A stretch of DNA of 64,000 bases, from the NCBI GenBank assembly GCA_002633005.1, contig NMRA01000427.1:264017-328016 (forward strand), written 5' to 3'. A program made the position numbers and the translations under genes. Positions 1 through 13,032 of this stretch are shown here, piece after piece. How positions within the stretch are numbered: position 1 is the stretch's first letter; every line of letters starts with the position of its first letter. This DNA comes from Phoronis australis (Eukaryota > Animalia > Phoronida). Under the pieces are notes generated by a model. That model saw only the letters and a list, made by a program, of their open reading frames with translations, was not told the DNA's origin and made no database searches.

Positions 1-298
1 AGACAATGATTCTCAAAAATATGATACCCTAAATGATCCTTACTGACTTCGCGTGACTTGACTTTGAGAACCATCAGCAAATGAAATTGCATTGGGTCAA
101 CATGATGCTCAACTAGCGCTGCTACACACACAACACCAAGAACAGTTGAATCAACAAATAGCCTACTGGGCAACATTCCAAAGAAATACCACCGGCAACA
201 CTCAGCGAGAACTATGGTGATTGCGAAAAAAGATCGTTATAGTTCAAGCACTGAGAAAGCGTCATGGATCTAAGCCATAAATTATGAAGATAACTTAC

Positions 299-553
299 CT
301 TTTCACAAGACCAGCTTCAAACTTCATGATATGTTTGTCGTCGAAGCAGCCGTCCTCAAAGTGGTCGGAGCGGGGAGCATATTTCGGCTCCGACAGATAT
401 GGCCGACTCGACTGTAATTTTCCAATGACGAGCAGTGCACACGAAAACGTGCCATTTCTCCGCCAGATACTTGTCTTTGGGAAACCTAAATAGGGTCACG
501 CCTTCCACCTGGCTGGTGTTAGCACAGTTGGCGCACACACACCGATGTACCAT
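299..553 (-). pseudogene. THAP zinc-finger domain first exon, frameshifted (probably transposon-derived)
   Basis: MVHRCVCANCAN...LFRFPKD...W...ICS; removing 7 bp at 367-373 gives ICSDHFEDGCFDDKHIMKFEAGLVK, completing the C2CH THAP signature, followed by a GTAAGT donor at 293-298. Confidence 0.75.
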
Positions 554-984
554 GTCTAAATCACGCCAAGATTAAACGCTCCTTGTTTGTCTTCCACTGT
601 TTTGTATGTGCGGTAAACTGCATTGTGGGATATTGATCTAGTTTGTGTTCCCCAACACCATGTCACGGTGTCAAAGGTCAACTTTTCGCGGATTTTTTTT
701 AATTTTCGCTTTTTAACGTAACTACAGACACAATAACATGATAATTGGAAGATATATCCAACTAACAATATCTTGAAAATATTATTACAATTTAACATAC
801 TTAGACCTTGCAATTTACACTTTAAGGTGTCCTTCTATGCGCAAAAGGTATTTATAAGAACGTGACTTTGATGTTTTAATCACTGTGAGGCATAATTTGC
901 CAAAAAGCTTCCCCGTATGAAGCGTCTACAGTAGCTTTATCGTCTCAACTCAGAAGATCTAGAGACAATGGTCATAGTCTATGA

Positions 985-1110
985 TTACCTATGCTTCGTT
1001 AATGCATATTTAAATAGGAGCTGAGGAGCTAAAGACATGACTCAAGGGTCTAGCAGTTTTCCCCGGTGGGACTCAAACGAACACTTATCCCACTAGGCCA
1101 CACAGCCTCC
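985..1110 (-). mobile_element. tRNA-derived SINE (internally deleted copy)
   Basis: Reverse strand GGAGGCTGTGTGGCCTAGTGGGATAAGTG (A box) then GTTTGAGTCCCAC (B box remnant); body (ctgctagacccttgagtc) matches the copy at 29651. Confidence 0.6.
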
Positions 1111-1869
1111 TCTGCAATAGGGTAAAGATAAAGAGCTCACTTTTACAATATCTTGTATCACCATCGTCATCAATTCCACAGAACGCCATATTTTCAAATC
1201 TACAACAAAAATATGGATTCGTTATCGGCAAGTACCATTACACATTCCTCATTGTTAAAGCTGTCATGAGCCATATTCTGGTGTCGAAACGACTTTCTTC
1301 AAAGGCGTAAAAGCTCTTCCAAAGCAACGTTACCGCATTCTTGTACAATACTTGAATTGCCTTTGTGCCGCTTTCCTTAGTCCACCATTGAAAAGGTTTC
1401 AAGACCTGAAAACTATGTTGTTTAGCAGCCATTTGTATCACCTTCAGAACACTGTTGGAAAATTGTGTTGCCCTGGGGGAAGGGGAGGCCATTTTTGATA
1501 AGGTAACCCACTAGGGGGGCAAGTCCATGGGCAGCAAGCATCTGAACCACAGCAGAAATTTTCGGGACTATAGTTATGTGGCAATCCTGCAGTGCCAGTA
1601 AGTATCAAAACCCCCAAAGAGAGAATGTATATGACACAAGCCCCCATCGACCAAGTAGCAAGCCCCCAGGGCAGCAAGCAGGTAGCCTCCAGCACACCAA
1701 CAGGGAAATTTAATTACACATGAGTTTTCAGGTTGTGTAAAAGTTTCCATTCCACCCTAAATTGTGCAGCTGATTGATTTTATGTAAATTTATTTAAATC
1801 TTCCAAAATTCAAAAATCCAGCCAGCGTTTGGTTAGCCGCAGATAAGTTCCTTTGCGCGAAAATTACCA

Positions 1870-3150
1870 CAAACACTAATATTGGCAGAAGACACAGATT
1901 TTTGAAGGCAATGAGCATACTGTAGGTGATGTGGTCGTTTGAAAGCCTTCTTAACAATTGTGATGCGAATAAAATCTTGAGAACTCACAGCCGTCCGCTA
2001 ATTCAGGACATTACGGTAGCTTTAAATCCCAAATAAGTGGATCAACATGGTTGTGTATAGACAAGGTTCTGGTGAAGTATATCATGTGACTACGGCTGGC
2101 TGGCTGGCTGTTCTCTATGCAGCTCCAAAAGAGTCGGATATGTTGTACATGGACTTGAGCTGTTCTCTCAACTTGTCATCAGAATAATTGGAACAATGGA
2201 CACGATCAATCAATGATGAGGTCAATCAGGCCATTTAAAACAGCATGCTTTTACAACCTCATATCTGGTGGGACTTCAATACTAACTTCAACAGAATTTG
2301 TCATGTAGCAAATAAATCGGTAAATAAAACAACAAGAATGGATCAACTGAAATTTGAAATTTTCGGATGTAATAACTTTATCAACAAAAACAGAAATAAA
2401 GTAAAATAAGTAATGTAGCAAAATAAGAAAAGGTGAGTTTATAATCACGCAGATGTAGGCACACCAAATTATGTGAAGCTACCTTTTTGGGTCATATTGA
2501 GTCACCACGAGATCCCAGCACAAACAAAAAAGGTCGATAACAGTTGTATGGAACATGGTTCTGAACAGAACACCATTGTGCGTGGTATTTATTCGCAGCT
2601 GTTTGAATTAAAAGGTGATCCTCATGGTGACGTTGACAAAAGCGAACCAATACGCCTAAAGGTTGACAATTTATGGCACTAGTAGGCTCAGAGCGATGCT
2701 CTTAACATACTGTAAGATCCAAATTTACAGGTGTTGACATAAAGATAGGTTTTAAGAGCTCTATAATCCACTGGATTTGATAGGTTGCTTACAGGTCCAC
2801 GCAGTCATGGAGCGTTATCAATCTACTGATCACCTAAGATGAAACCTTTCACCCTTGCATTTAAGCTTTTCTTATCTTTCCAATCTTTGGTATAAGCCAC
2901 ACTTTGACCTTACTTAAGATGTGACTTTAAGTTTCCCAGCAGTTGCGCCATGCACCTGTTCTCACTCGCTGATCAATAACTGGATTAAATTTGCTGTTTG
3001 GATTCGTATAAAACTCATCAAAAATTGGTCTTGGCATTATATACTACTGCTTATACGGACATTTACGCCAGAGGTGAGCGCTGACAGCCAAGTGAACAAA
3101 ACGTCTCCATTACAGGCCCTTGACTCCTGGAACTTCCACAATGCACGGCA
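1870..3150 (-). pseudogene. Highly decayed RecQ-like helicase (possibly from an AcademH-type DNA transposon)
   Basis: Motif-like fragments in RecQ order across frameshifts: LWKFQ..GDVL (~3140-3099), FRRIGSLLS (~2660-2634), IPRTMVFC (~2588-2565), QYDPK, VHCSNYSDDKLREQLKSM (~2200-2148), CVFCQY*CL (~1900-1872). By-eye match only. Confidence 0.35.
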
Positions 3151-6100
3151 TACAAGGTCAGCGGGTCCTAGTTGGCAGTGTTTCACCTGTACACAATCCA
3201 TCTGCAGACCATGTTTGTAGTAAATTCCGAGGTCACCCGAAACCGGAATTGAACCAGTCAACCCAATAAAACTGGCAAGCATGATAATCATTTGGTTAAT
3301 AGGCAATGCCCATAAGCAACAGGCTAAAAGATTAATGTTAACGGAAGCACGTCTGCAACACCGATTTCCTAATTCCCTTTTACAGGTACATTGGATACAC
3401 TGATGTCCAATTTTTGTTTCGTTTTGCTAGCACTGGCTTTCCTCATTTTGCCCTAATTATATGGGGGAATTGTCCACTGCACCTGGACCCACCTTAGCAT
3501 GCATAGCTAGGCAACACGTAGACCCTCCATGGGTAGTGCATAGGGGGTTGGGGGGCTTCACCGCCCATGGTCTATGGGCAGTGCACCACAGGGGGGCTGG
3601 GGGTGGTATGGCCCCAACACATTTTTCAGTGGTGCGCTGCCCATGCCCTCGGTTGACTGGTTTGCCTAAACTTTCGCTACCTTAGCAATTCATACGCACC
3701 CTCGCCAACGAACACTCGAAATAGTATAATGATTGGCTAAAACCACGGACTTAAATTAGTCTATATGCCAAAATAACTCCATAATAACTGTGGACTAATA
3801 ATGTAACAAACATGCCATATGCCGTGTTGGGGACGATCAGACAGAAGCTAAGCAGGACGCCTGTGATCGGATGTGACCCAATATTCCAAGTCCAACATCG
3901 CCGCTGAAGGAAGAGTTTTCAAAGATTAAAATTAATGGGATAGCTAAACATATACTTCAGATAGTCGTCGCTTAATTTAATATTCGCTTAGTTAAGACAC
4001 TGTCAATATAGGCGAATAAAATCATCTGATCTAGGCAATTATGCCTCGACTGATTCCACTGACCGAACAGAACTCGTCGTAAACTAATGTAGGCTACGTC
4101 AATGCGCATGCTCGAACTAAACTTGTGTAAGGATGCTGTGCGTGAACTTGTCGGAATCCTGCTTAATCTCAAGATCGCGTATGAGTGAACTCGGAATTGA
4201 ACATATTTGGACAATCAGGTGAATTTTTTTGTTCAATGTAAAGAATTTTTGTAATTATTGGTCGTATAATCATTCACTTTCTCCTTTACCGTAACTTGTG
4301 TCAAAGAATCGGAGGAATTTGTGATTGATTAAAACAATTATTATGGTTTAGTGAAGACCGCAAATAGCTGAATAACATAGTTGAATTTTACGTTATTTTA
4401 AAAACATATAATTTGGTTTAGTGCAGTGCAAATTTTTATCCACATGAACGTGATTACTTGAGTGAACTTGTCAAGTTTCCTCCTGTATTCCTAGTTCACG
4501 CCACACTCACTCCCTCCGTCTTAATCTTGATATTACTGAAGCAGGATTCCAAGTTCACGCACAGCAAGAACACTGCGGTATCTTTATCGCTAGTTCCCTG
4601 CGTGCCGCTTGGTGGTCAGTACGTGGCCGGCACGTCTCGTGGCTAGGCACGTACATGTAGGGACCAGCGAGCGGTATTTTTCTACTTACCAGTCTCGGGT
4701 GATTGACATGCACCCGCAGGCCGTGTACCAAAATTTTATTGCTGGTAGGTGGTACTTTTCAGCAAGTTTTGCAGTCAGTACCCGCCCGGTTAACAGACCC
4801 GGCCTAAATTTCATACGTACTCCCCTGCAAAAGCTGGTGCAACAGAAAAACTTACCCGCGCCGCCGACACACCTGGCACGCGCAGTCTCTCGGCAATCTT
4901 GGAACACACGCCTGCGGGCACCTTGTCAATATAAGTGACCCACGGGGCAGCCGGGAATTTCCCGATCAAGTTTTCCCACGGATCAACGCATGGGGTGTAA
5001 GGCTTAGGTTGAACGCCGTAGGCCTTTACGTGTACTAGGCCTGTACATAGCAGTGGCGGATCTAGGGGGGTCAACATTTTGTCTGTAAACATTTGCTCCC
5101 AGCACTGACGATTGTAGATGCGCATAGCACCGAATGGGGGAGTTCGGGAGGGGCGCGGGTTTCAGTTTGCCCTCCTCCCGCACAGTTTCCTCCCAAAGCA
5201 ACCATTTTCCTTGATTTCCGAAGTATTATCCAAGAAAAAAAGGCAAAAAAAACAGAAAATGCGGAGAAACTGTCAAAGAGAAAAAACTGCTTGTTCCGGC
5301 AGACTCGACTAGAGCGCGCGTGCCGTTTACCACACCACCACGATTGAATTCCTCGTATACTTTATACTAAGAGACCTACTTGGTTATGGTCCACAGCGTT
5401 TGCGCGCGAAAAAAAGTTCTTTTTGTAATGCTTATTACATGTTTGATATTTTGTGAACCAGTTCGTAATAAATTTGTTGTATTTAAAATAGTCTTCAATT
5501 GCTCAAAAGTCCAAATCCGTTTTTTTTTGGTTGGCAATACGACGCGATTGCTTTGGAAATTTGGAAATCGTGTTAAGTTAAGGTGTGACAAAGAGAGAAT
5601 TATGATTTTCTGAGTGATTCACTAAGGCTTCGATTAAAATTGACATCTTACCAGCAGCTTCTGTTTTTTCATCATCACTCAGATTCCATTTTCTTTAAAA
5701 GGTGAGGCAATTTTCTAAATTGCACAGTGGAGCAGACGACGGAAACGGAGTTTAGTGCCCAGCGCCACTGTCGGTCGCCTGGGATATCGCGGGAGAGCCT
5801 GAGTACCCCCCCCCCCCCNACGCGCGTGCGCTTCCGTCGACACCTCTGAAGTAGCCAAGTATTTTAAAGGGATCCACCGCTGATGATGTCTAATGAAAAG
5901 ACGAAACGTTGAATTGAACATGAACTTTTTTATTTGTGCGGCGATCGTCCGGTTTTTGATCTTATTGTAGCCAAAAAAATGTTTTCTTTAGGTAACTAGC
6001 TTCTTTACTCTATGATATGTTTTGATTTGATTAGGGGAAATACTGTGGTGCCGCAACCCTGATATTCAGGCGAATTGACGTGCAACGTTTTTACCTCATC

Positions 6101-6619
6101 TGTCATGCCGTGTCATTCTATTACGCTCCACGACGTTTGTAACTGATGTATAGTAAAGTTGTTTTGCGCAATATCACACAGTGTACAGGTAGATGTAATA
6201 TTGTTGAAAAAAAATCTTTTTCCGAAGATTTGCTATTGTGGCGGGCGCCGTGGTCTGGTCGCGAGTCCGTTCAGGTTGAAGATACACTCTAAAAACTAAG
6301 TTGTGTCTATACAAGGAATGACCAAGGGGGCACTCACATTGACAAAGCGACCGCATTCGCGAACAGTGTACAGTACCAGAAATTGCGGGGAGGCTGTTCT
6401 TTCACAACAGGGCTCGTGCGGTGTTCAATAGGCCACCTAAGGAGCCCTAGTTCCGACCTCAACACCTACCGTCTTTCTACCGGCAATCAGCACACTGCCG
6501 TCTTCTATACTGGGAATTTCCGCAGAAAGGCCCACCCGATGAAACGCTCATGCCCATGGGCATTTATTTGATGTTAGTACTTCGGGTTTTAAGCGTTGAG
6601 ACATTGGGACGTATATTTC

Positions 6620-6930
6620 GAAAATTGCAAGAGATGCAAATAGGTCCTGGGATACATCGTCAAGGTTTGAATGAACGGATCAAATTTAGTTGCGCATGTA
6701 AGTCTTTTGAATGGACTTGGCAACCTCAGGGGTCTTAGTGCCAACTGAGCTGCGAAATGAGATGCTGACATTGTAGAGGCTTACAAGCTCATTGACACAG
6801 CAGTTGACGAAGTGCAAGCGTTGGGAACAAACATCGAAAATATCTGGGCAGAATGGTTCCAAGATGAGTAAACCATTGGATCCGATAAACAAATTCCTCG
6901 GCAGTCTAGACAACAGAAGAATAGGACTAA
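6620..6930 (+). mobile_element. hAT-family (PRKRIR/THAP12-like) transposase fragment
   Basis: From 6683: NLVAHVSLLNGLGNLRGLSAN*AAK*DADIVEAYKLIDTAVDEVQALGTNIENIWAEWFQDE*...IPRQSRQQKNRTN, resembling the LxGLSxxLQ...DIxxA...WF...PR...RQ..R.N region of hAT transposases; contains stops. Confidence 0.6.
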
Positions 6931-6999
6931 CGTATGAGTAACCACTGGGAATTAAAAAGTGTCTAGAGAGACGTTTTCAATTCAAAATTTTTTGCATAG

Positions 7000-7295
7000 T
7001 ACACTTCAGGTCTCGCGACGGACCAGGCCAGCTTGATTTGTGTAGATGTTGAGTTTCAGTGTACTTCTGGTCCCTCGGCGAACTAGTCTTGTGATTTTTT
7101 TACCAAAGTGTGCTTTGTAAAACTATCTATCTCAGCCAGTACTGTTTGGTCCCGCGACAGATCAACTATTTTTATAGGCATAATAAACACAGGTATACTC
7201 TTGGTTTCGTGACGGACCAGGTCAGCCTTTTTTGTACTCTCAGTGTACGTCTGGTCCCTCTGCAAACTAGTCCAGTGTATCTTTTCACCACTGTG
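7000..7295. repeat. Subterminal direct repeats ending in CCACTGTG (probable DNA transposon end)
   Basis: cgcgacggaccaggccagc...cagtgtacttctggtccctc (~7016-7090) recurs as cgtgacggaccaggtcagc...cagtgtacgtctggtccctc (~7208-7272); ends in CCACTGTG at 7288-7295. No partner TIR found. Confidence 0.35.
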
Positions 7296-7433
7296 CACAA
7301 GATGTTTTGGTTTCGTGAAACTGTTTTCAGATGATTTATTTCCTGATACATTTGACGTTTTTAAGTTGTTGTCAACGTGATTCAGCTTAATAAAGTGATA
7401 CTTAATTGTTTATTGTCGCTTTTAAAAATAGAC

Positions 7434-7776
7434 CAGAGGCGGATCTACAGGGGGAGTTCAGGGGGCTTAACTCCCCCCCCCCTCGGGACAGGATCAAAAA
7501 TACAAACTGGAAAAAAATCGCCAGAAAAACGAAATTAGCTACTAAAAATCCCAAAAAATCTTACACGGGAGGAGGGAAACCCTCTCGCGACCTTCCTTCT
7601 CCTCGGCGCTACGCGCCTCGGATTGTTTCGAATCCTAANNNNNNNNNNNNNNNNNNNNNNNNNNNNNNNNNNNNNNNNNNNNNNNNNNNNNNNNNNNNNN
7701 NNNNNNNNNNNNNNNNNNNNNNNNNNNNNNNNNNNNNNNNNNNNNNNNNNTTACTGAAATCGTAGATCTGCCACTG
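7434..7776. mobile_element. hAT-like MITE with 5-bp TSD (spans an N-gap)
   Basis: TIRs CAGAGGCGGATCTAC / GTAGATCTGCCACTG (13/15 match), flanked on both sides by TAGAC. Confidence 0.7.
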
Positions 7777-7861
7777 TAGACTATGAAACGAGAGCACCGT
7801 CGTTCGCCAGTTTTTCTCGTAACGAGACAGATCACATGTTTATTTCCGGACTAACAGTATA

Positions 7862-8259
7862 GGGCCCGGTCTCCAATCTTTTTACTCGAAATGGAGCTCG
7901 AAATTAGGTTTGGCATTTTCTACTCTACTTTTGGGTGAACTCAAGATAAGTGTCTATTATTCTATGCTCGAGTACACTTACGTAGATAATTTATTGCCCT
8001 TAGTTCACAGTTTGTAAACCCAATATTAAAGCAATAAGTTCTAGTTTGAACTCGAAATTTCGAGTTTTTACTAGAGTTTATATCACGAATATAAGGGTCT
8101 TCAAGTTAAAACTTGAACTAGAAACTCCTGTGCATAAACTATAATGTATTCGAGCACAGTCTGATAACCAATTACCTTAAGTTCGTACAAAAAGAGCAGA
8201 GAAATTGCCAAAAAATAGTTTCGAGTTCGTTTCGAGTACAAAGATTAGAGACCGGGCCC
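7862..8259. mobile_element. Palindromic MITE, PIF/Harbinger-like
   Basis: GGGCCCGGTCTCCAATCTTT ... AAAGATTAGAGACCGGGCCC; imperfect inverted symmetry continues more than 100 bp inward; possible TAG/CAG TSD. Confidence 0.8.
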
Positions 8260-11200
8260 AGGTCTTCGTTCTTAAACAACTTGACTGCTGCTGTTACCCG
8301 ATCATCTGATATTCAAGTTTTTACGCCCTGTCGGTGCTCCTTATGCTCTTGAATATTTGGAAGTTGTCAACACCCCTGTATACACACCACACTTTTTCGT
8401 ATACGACTTTTCGTATGCTAAAAAGGTGTTTGTAAGCAGATGTTCCAACAAAAAATTTTGCTGGTGGCGTGACTCATACCCAGATTTGCACAATATGGTC
8501 ACGAAACTTATGAGCCAAGTTCATGTGACGAAATCGAGGAGGGTTTTTAATTGGCTTAAGAAAAACTCCAGACTGACATGGAATGAAGTTCTGTGTTTGT
8601 TTCCATTTACTAACCATTTAAAAATGTCGGTGCCTACATGCGAGCGACCCGGATTGATAAACATTGCATGGGTACGAGTCATTAAAGTAAACGACTTCAT
8701 TCCAATTTTGCTCTTGAAGGCAGTGGTCGCGGTACCTACCGCTGGTCATTGCAATGGGCTCGTGCTAACGAGACGAACTATTGCTGCTGAACATGCATGC
8801 ACTCAGCCTTTAATATGTGGCCCAGGGCTCGAATCTCTGACAAAGTGGACCTCTTGCAAACAAAAATGCGGGAGGACTAAAAAAAAAACGGGCAACACCC
8901 TCAGGTCTGTGAACTGTGCGTCTGCACCTGTTTAGTCGGATTTTTGTCTCGTTTTTGTCCCCCCCCCCCTGGATGCGCTCATGCTGAATTAAAAAGATTT
9001 CAAACTTGAGAGCTTGAGGGCAGTTAGAATCAATCGTTCCGAGCTAGTCAATGAAGACTTTGAGAACCCGGAGCATGTTTTTGGGATTATCTTATTGTGA
9101 TGGTTGGAACTTGAAGCCCCACCTTGATTTAGAATCTTGCGCTTATGCACAATGTGCTAGAAGAGTTGTCAAGCCAGTCTTTGGATCTACAATGCAGAAA
9201 CAAAAATACAAGCAGACAAGCATATCGTTTTTGCCCGTGGCGCTCCTATTTTCTTTTAATTATAATTGTGTTTGGGCCCTCTTCAGAGACCGCTTGGAAT
9301 GTACGCGGAGCTTTTTTGTCTTTGATTATGTGTCGTTGGACCCCTTTCTGTGGCATCGTAATAGTTTCGCCACTGCAGACTCGGTAAGTACACAGTCGTG
9401 AGTAAAAAATAGGCCTACATGCCTTGTGAGTCAGGTTTTGGGAGTTCAATGCCCTTTCATGACAGCGTTCTCCCGTTCAGTAACTTTACCAGACGTACAG
9501 TATTTAGGGGGTACTGAGCGTGTGATAACATCTAGCTTCTTTGTTAACTGCCAAGCACACTCTTATGTCTGTTATGACAAAAATTAAGCAGGCCAATTAT
9601 CAACCAAGCTTATTACAGGTCACGTGTGAACACAGTCAAACTCAGAGTGAATTGATAAGAATAGATTGTCGTCGGTTGCAGTAGGGCGATTTTGGCGATT
9701 CAAAAACTGAGCATGGTCTGCCCACTGAACGAAGATTTCAGAAATGCTATTGGTTTATGTTCAAATATGTAGAACTTAACTTTTATTTTGAACTGCACAG
9801 CCCACTCAGGGCAGATACGATCTTATTGGAGATTAGAGCAATTATCGAACAAAAGATAGCTGGCCGTCCAACCATAGTGGAGTTAATCAGTCGTGTAAGA
9901 TATTGGCTACAGGGGTAAACTTCCCAACTTGTTGTTGGGCTATAGGGGAACAAGTTGGGAGCAACGGGAAAACGCCGCAATGAAAAAATTCGGTGCTCAA
10001 AGCTATACGCTAAGATTTGGGCGACTACTTACTTCTAATTTTACCACTACAGCACTACTGTTCAAATTTAAGAAGACTGAATATGAAACTGAATGGCTGA
10101 CTTTGTGAAGACTGGCAAGGACAAGGTGCATGTAGCCTACATTTAGTTTCGGTAAGGCGCCGTGCGCGTGGTTTCCGGTTGAGGCGCAGCGGCCCTTACT
10201 TTTTTAGTCACGCTTTGAAATGATGCAACCTTGGCATGGATTTGATAAATGTATTATGGTTGAGTAATTCATCAATATTCCTACTTGATACTCTTTTAGA
10301 AATGCAAGTACGTACACATTTTTCCGTATTCCTGAAATGCGGGTAATTACGCATGCGCTAAATAAAGTGTCTTGTTACCCGGGCGTTGTTTTCAGTATAG
10401 GTACACCACTCAGTGCATCCAGTAGTTTATTTTTGTTTGCAAAATTATAAAAATTACATGTACACCCGAGTCCAACATTTTATATATTTTTGGAGTAGTG
10501 AACCTTCGGAATAGTTCGTGGACCTTCAGAAAAACAATTACGTCATGTCATTCCCAGACTACCTATTCTGTCCAAGCGTGTAATGAGCTGTAATCACTCA
10601 TTCCCTTTAAGCACGCCTGTTTTGAAAGTTTGACATGAGGTAGCGCCAGAACGTTCTCTTTCTGGGCCACATGTCATCCGAATTTGAGTTCCGTTCTTTG
10701 CGAGCAACTGTCACGGCAACCTGATTTCTTTTATGACGAATTTCGTCTTAGTCTCAGGAACATACATGTATATAGAGCTGAGAGCCATCGCGTAAACGGA
10801 TTTCCCCTCCCCCTAATTAAACTGCGTCAATGGCCTTACCGAGACCTCTGCAGTGTGGACAGTTTGCAAAATATAAAAGGTCCGCCGTTCTAGAAGTTCG
10901 AAACACCCCCGGGCAATGCTGGCTACGGGCTTGGATAGTCATTTGAGTGAAATCGTAGTCCAAAAATATAACGTCTTACCAAAATAGATTTAAAACATTT
11001 CAGAAACAAAACCATGCCTCCATGCCTCTTTAAACGAAAAAATACAGGCAGCCACATTCATTTTTCTCAGTAGCCAATTGAATCCGAGTGTTTTGTTGCG
11101 TATGGTGCCGTGTACGCGGATGACACATCTCAAACCAAAACAAGCAAAGGAAACAACAAAGACCATTTGTGATATATTTTTTAATTGTCATGTCCATAAA

Positions 11201-12802
11201 ATTTACAAGTACACGGGTACATCAACTGCGCACTATTGTTGATAAGCCTGGCTGCGCCACATCTAATGACAGAATTACGGAAAGACAGAGAATCCCACTT
11301 TTCAGATTCGCTATGAACATCCGCGGTTACGAAGAACTCAGTTGACATTACGCATGCCAACGCGGTCACATATGGCTCAAATAAAAAACCACAGTTTGAA
11401 TTGATTTCAAAAACACAGCCAACAAACAGGTAACACAAACATGCGGGAACCGTTTCATGTGCACGAAAGGGCCCTGCCACACCCAGGTGGATTTCAATGA
11501 TGGTCTAAAACCGAGTGGGAACCGAATAAACGTTATAGCCACTTATTATGTACACTCTCAGTAAAAAACTCATGGACAGTGCAGCATTCGACGAGGAATA
11601 ATCTTCGCCAGAGTTGCTCCACCGCAGCACCCACACCCGACCCCCGTTTCAGCACAATTTTAGGACGGGCTTGAAAGTTCGGATAACGAGTTCGGTGTGA
11701 CATGGCCTACTGTATTAAGTGACTGGGGATGGAAATTGCGATTCCTACATGTAACAGGCAAATCGCAAGCTATTCAAAATATTCTTTTGACTCAAATGTA
11801 AATGATAGTACCCGTTTTGCAAATGTTTATTAATTTCCTTACAACTGCAAGGAAACCATCAGCACAACAACACTAAATGTTAAACAACACTAAAGAATTT
11901 TTTGCTCCAAAATTTTGTTGATTTTGTCACGAAGACGAGGTTTTGCGACTAGGTTTCAGAAAACTATTGTTAGGTTTTTAGAGCACAAAGCACCATCGAC
12001 CGATGATATGATCCTCTTGGAAGCCGTTCATATTCCAATAAAAATAATGTCAAAGGATAATTGCCTAAATTTCTGTTCATAACAATACTCTACATACAAA
12101 AGTGCGTCTTTTGAAGATAACTCTCAGAATCATTATTTATACTTTGCCAAACACATCATCAGAAAATTTGCAAAAAACACCATGTCAAATATAAACAATT
12201 CATAAAAACACAATAGTGAATTTCTGACAATTATTATCAAAGACAGTCAGCATTTTTTAAACATTTTGTCAGACAACAATTAAGTCAAGAAGTTACCCAT
12301 AAACATGCCTTAAAAAGTCATAGAAAAGTCACGTGATCATCAACTGCATAGAAAAACAAAGTTCCTTTCGGGAAGACCACTTCCATCAAACCTGCACACT
12401 GGTATTTACATGATTGTGCGCAGTAGCCTAACGCGATTTCCAGACCGTTGTCTAATACCCATGGACAGTAGAGTGAGCTGCATACATTTCATTAAAACAT
12501 GAAATGACACCTACTCGCCAGTGAATGAGGCTTGCAAACAGCCCTAAGTTTTACACCATGGTCTAAAATAGTTAAACTTGGATGCTAAAAACTCAAAATT
12601 CATGCAAACACATTTTGGAGTCCAAGATTGTACTTCTGTTACAAATTAAGACCGAAAGCTTTCACAGTTACAGTCCAAAGCTGAAATCCTTAAACTATTT
12701 TAGCAGAGTAGTGAAAAACGAGTGAAACCCGAAAAGAATGTCTTGTATAGTGACTGGATTCTATCAATATGGAAAACATGTAAAACGGCCCTTTCGAAAG
12801 CA

Positions 12803-13032
12803 CATAGGCAGATCCAGTGTAAGGGTCCAGCCTCACCCCTTTTTAGCCAAAGCAGCAAATTAAAACCATGGAAAAAATGCAGGATTTCTGTTCTTTTTGT
12901 TAATTGGCTACTGGGCACAGTGATTATGACAATAAATTTCATTTGCGGTTTTCTCATTTGCAACAGTATTCTCTTCAGAAACCCACTGCTTTGCTTGGAC
13001 TTTCCATTTCATAAAAAGCTAGATCCCCCTTG
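12803..13032. mobile_element. Degenerate hAT-like MITE
   Basis: Left CATAGGCAGATCCAG, right CTAGATCCCCCTTG; TSD not convincing. Confidence 0.3.

Noticed and set aside
5723-7295. CACAGTG...CACTGTG as a Transib/RSS-like element
   Set aside because: Inverted match is only about 8 bp, with no TSD and no nonamer.
8357-8935. 192-aa ORF
   Set aside because: TTG start, no recognisable domain or splice structure, embedded among transposon fragments.
12328-12337. Third GTCACGTGAT as promoter of a third paralog
   Set aside because: No Trp-rich, transmembrane or PPxY exons found downstream on the minus strand.
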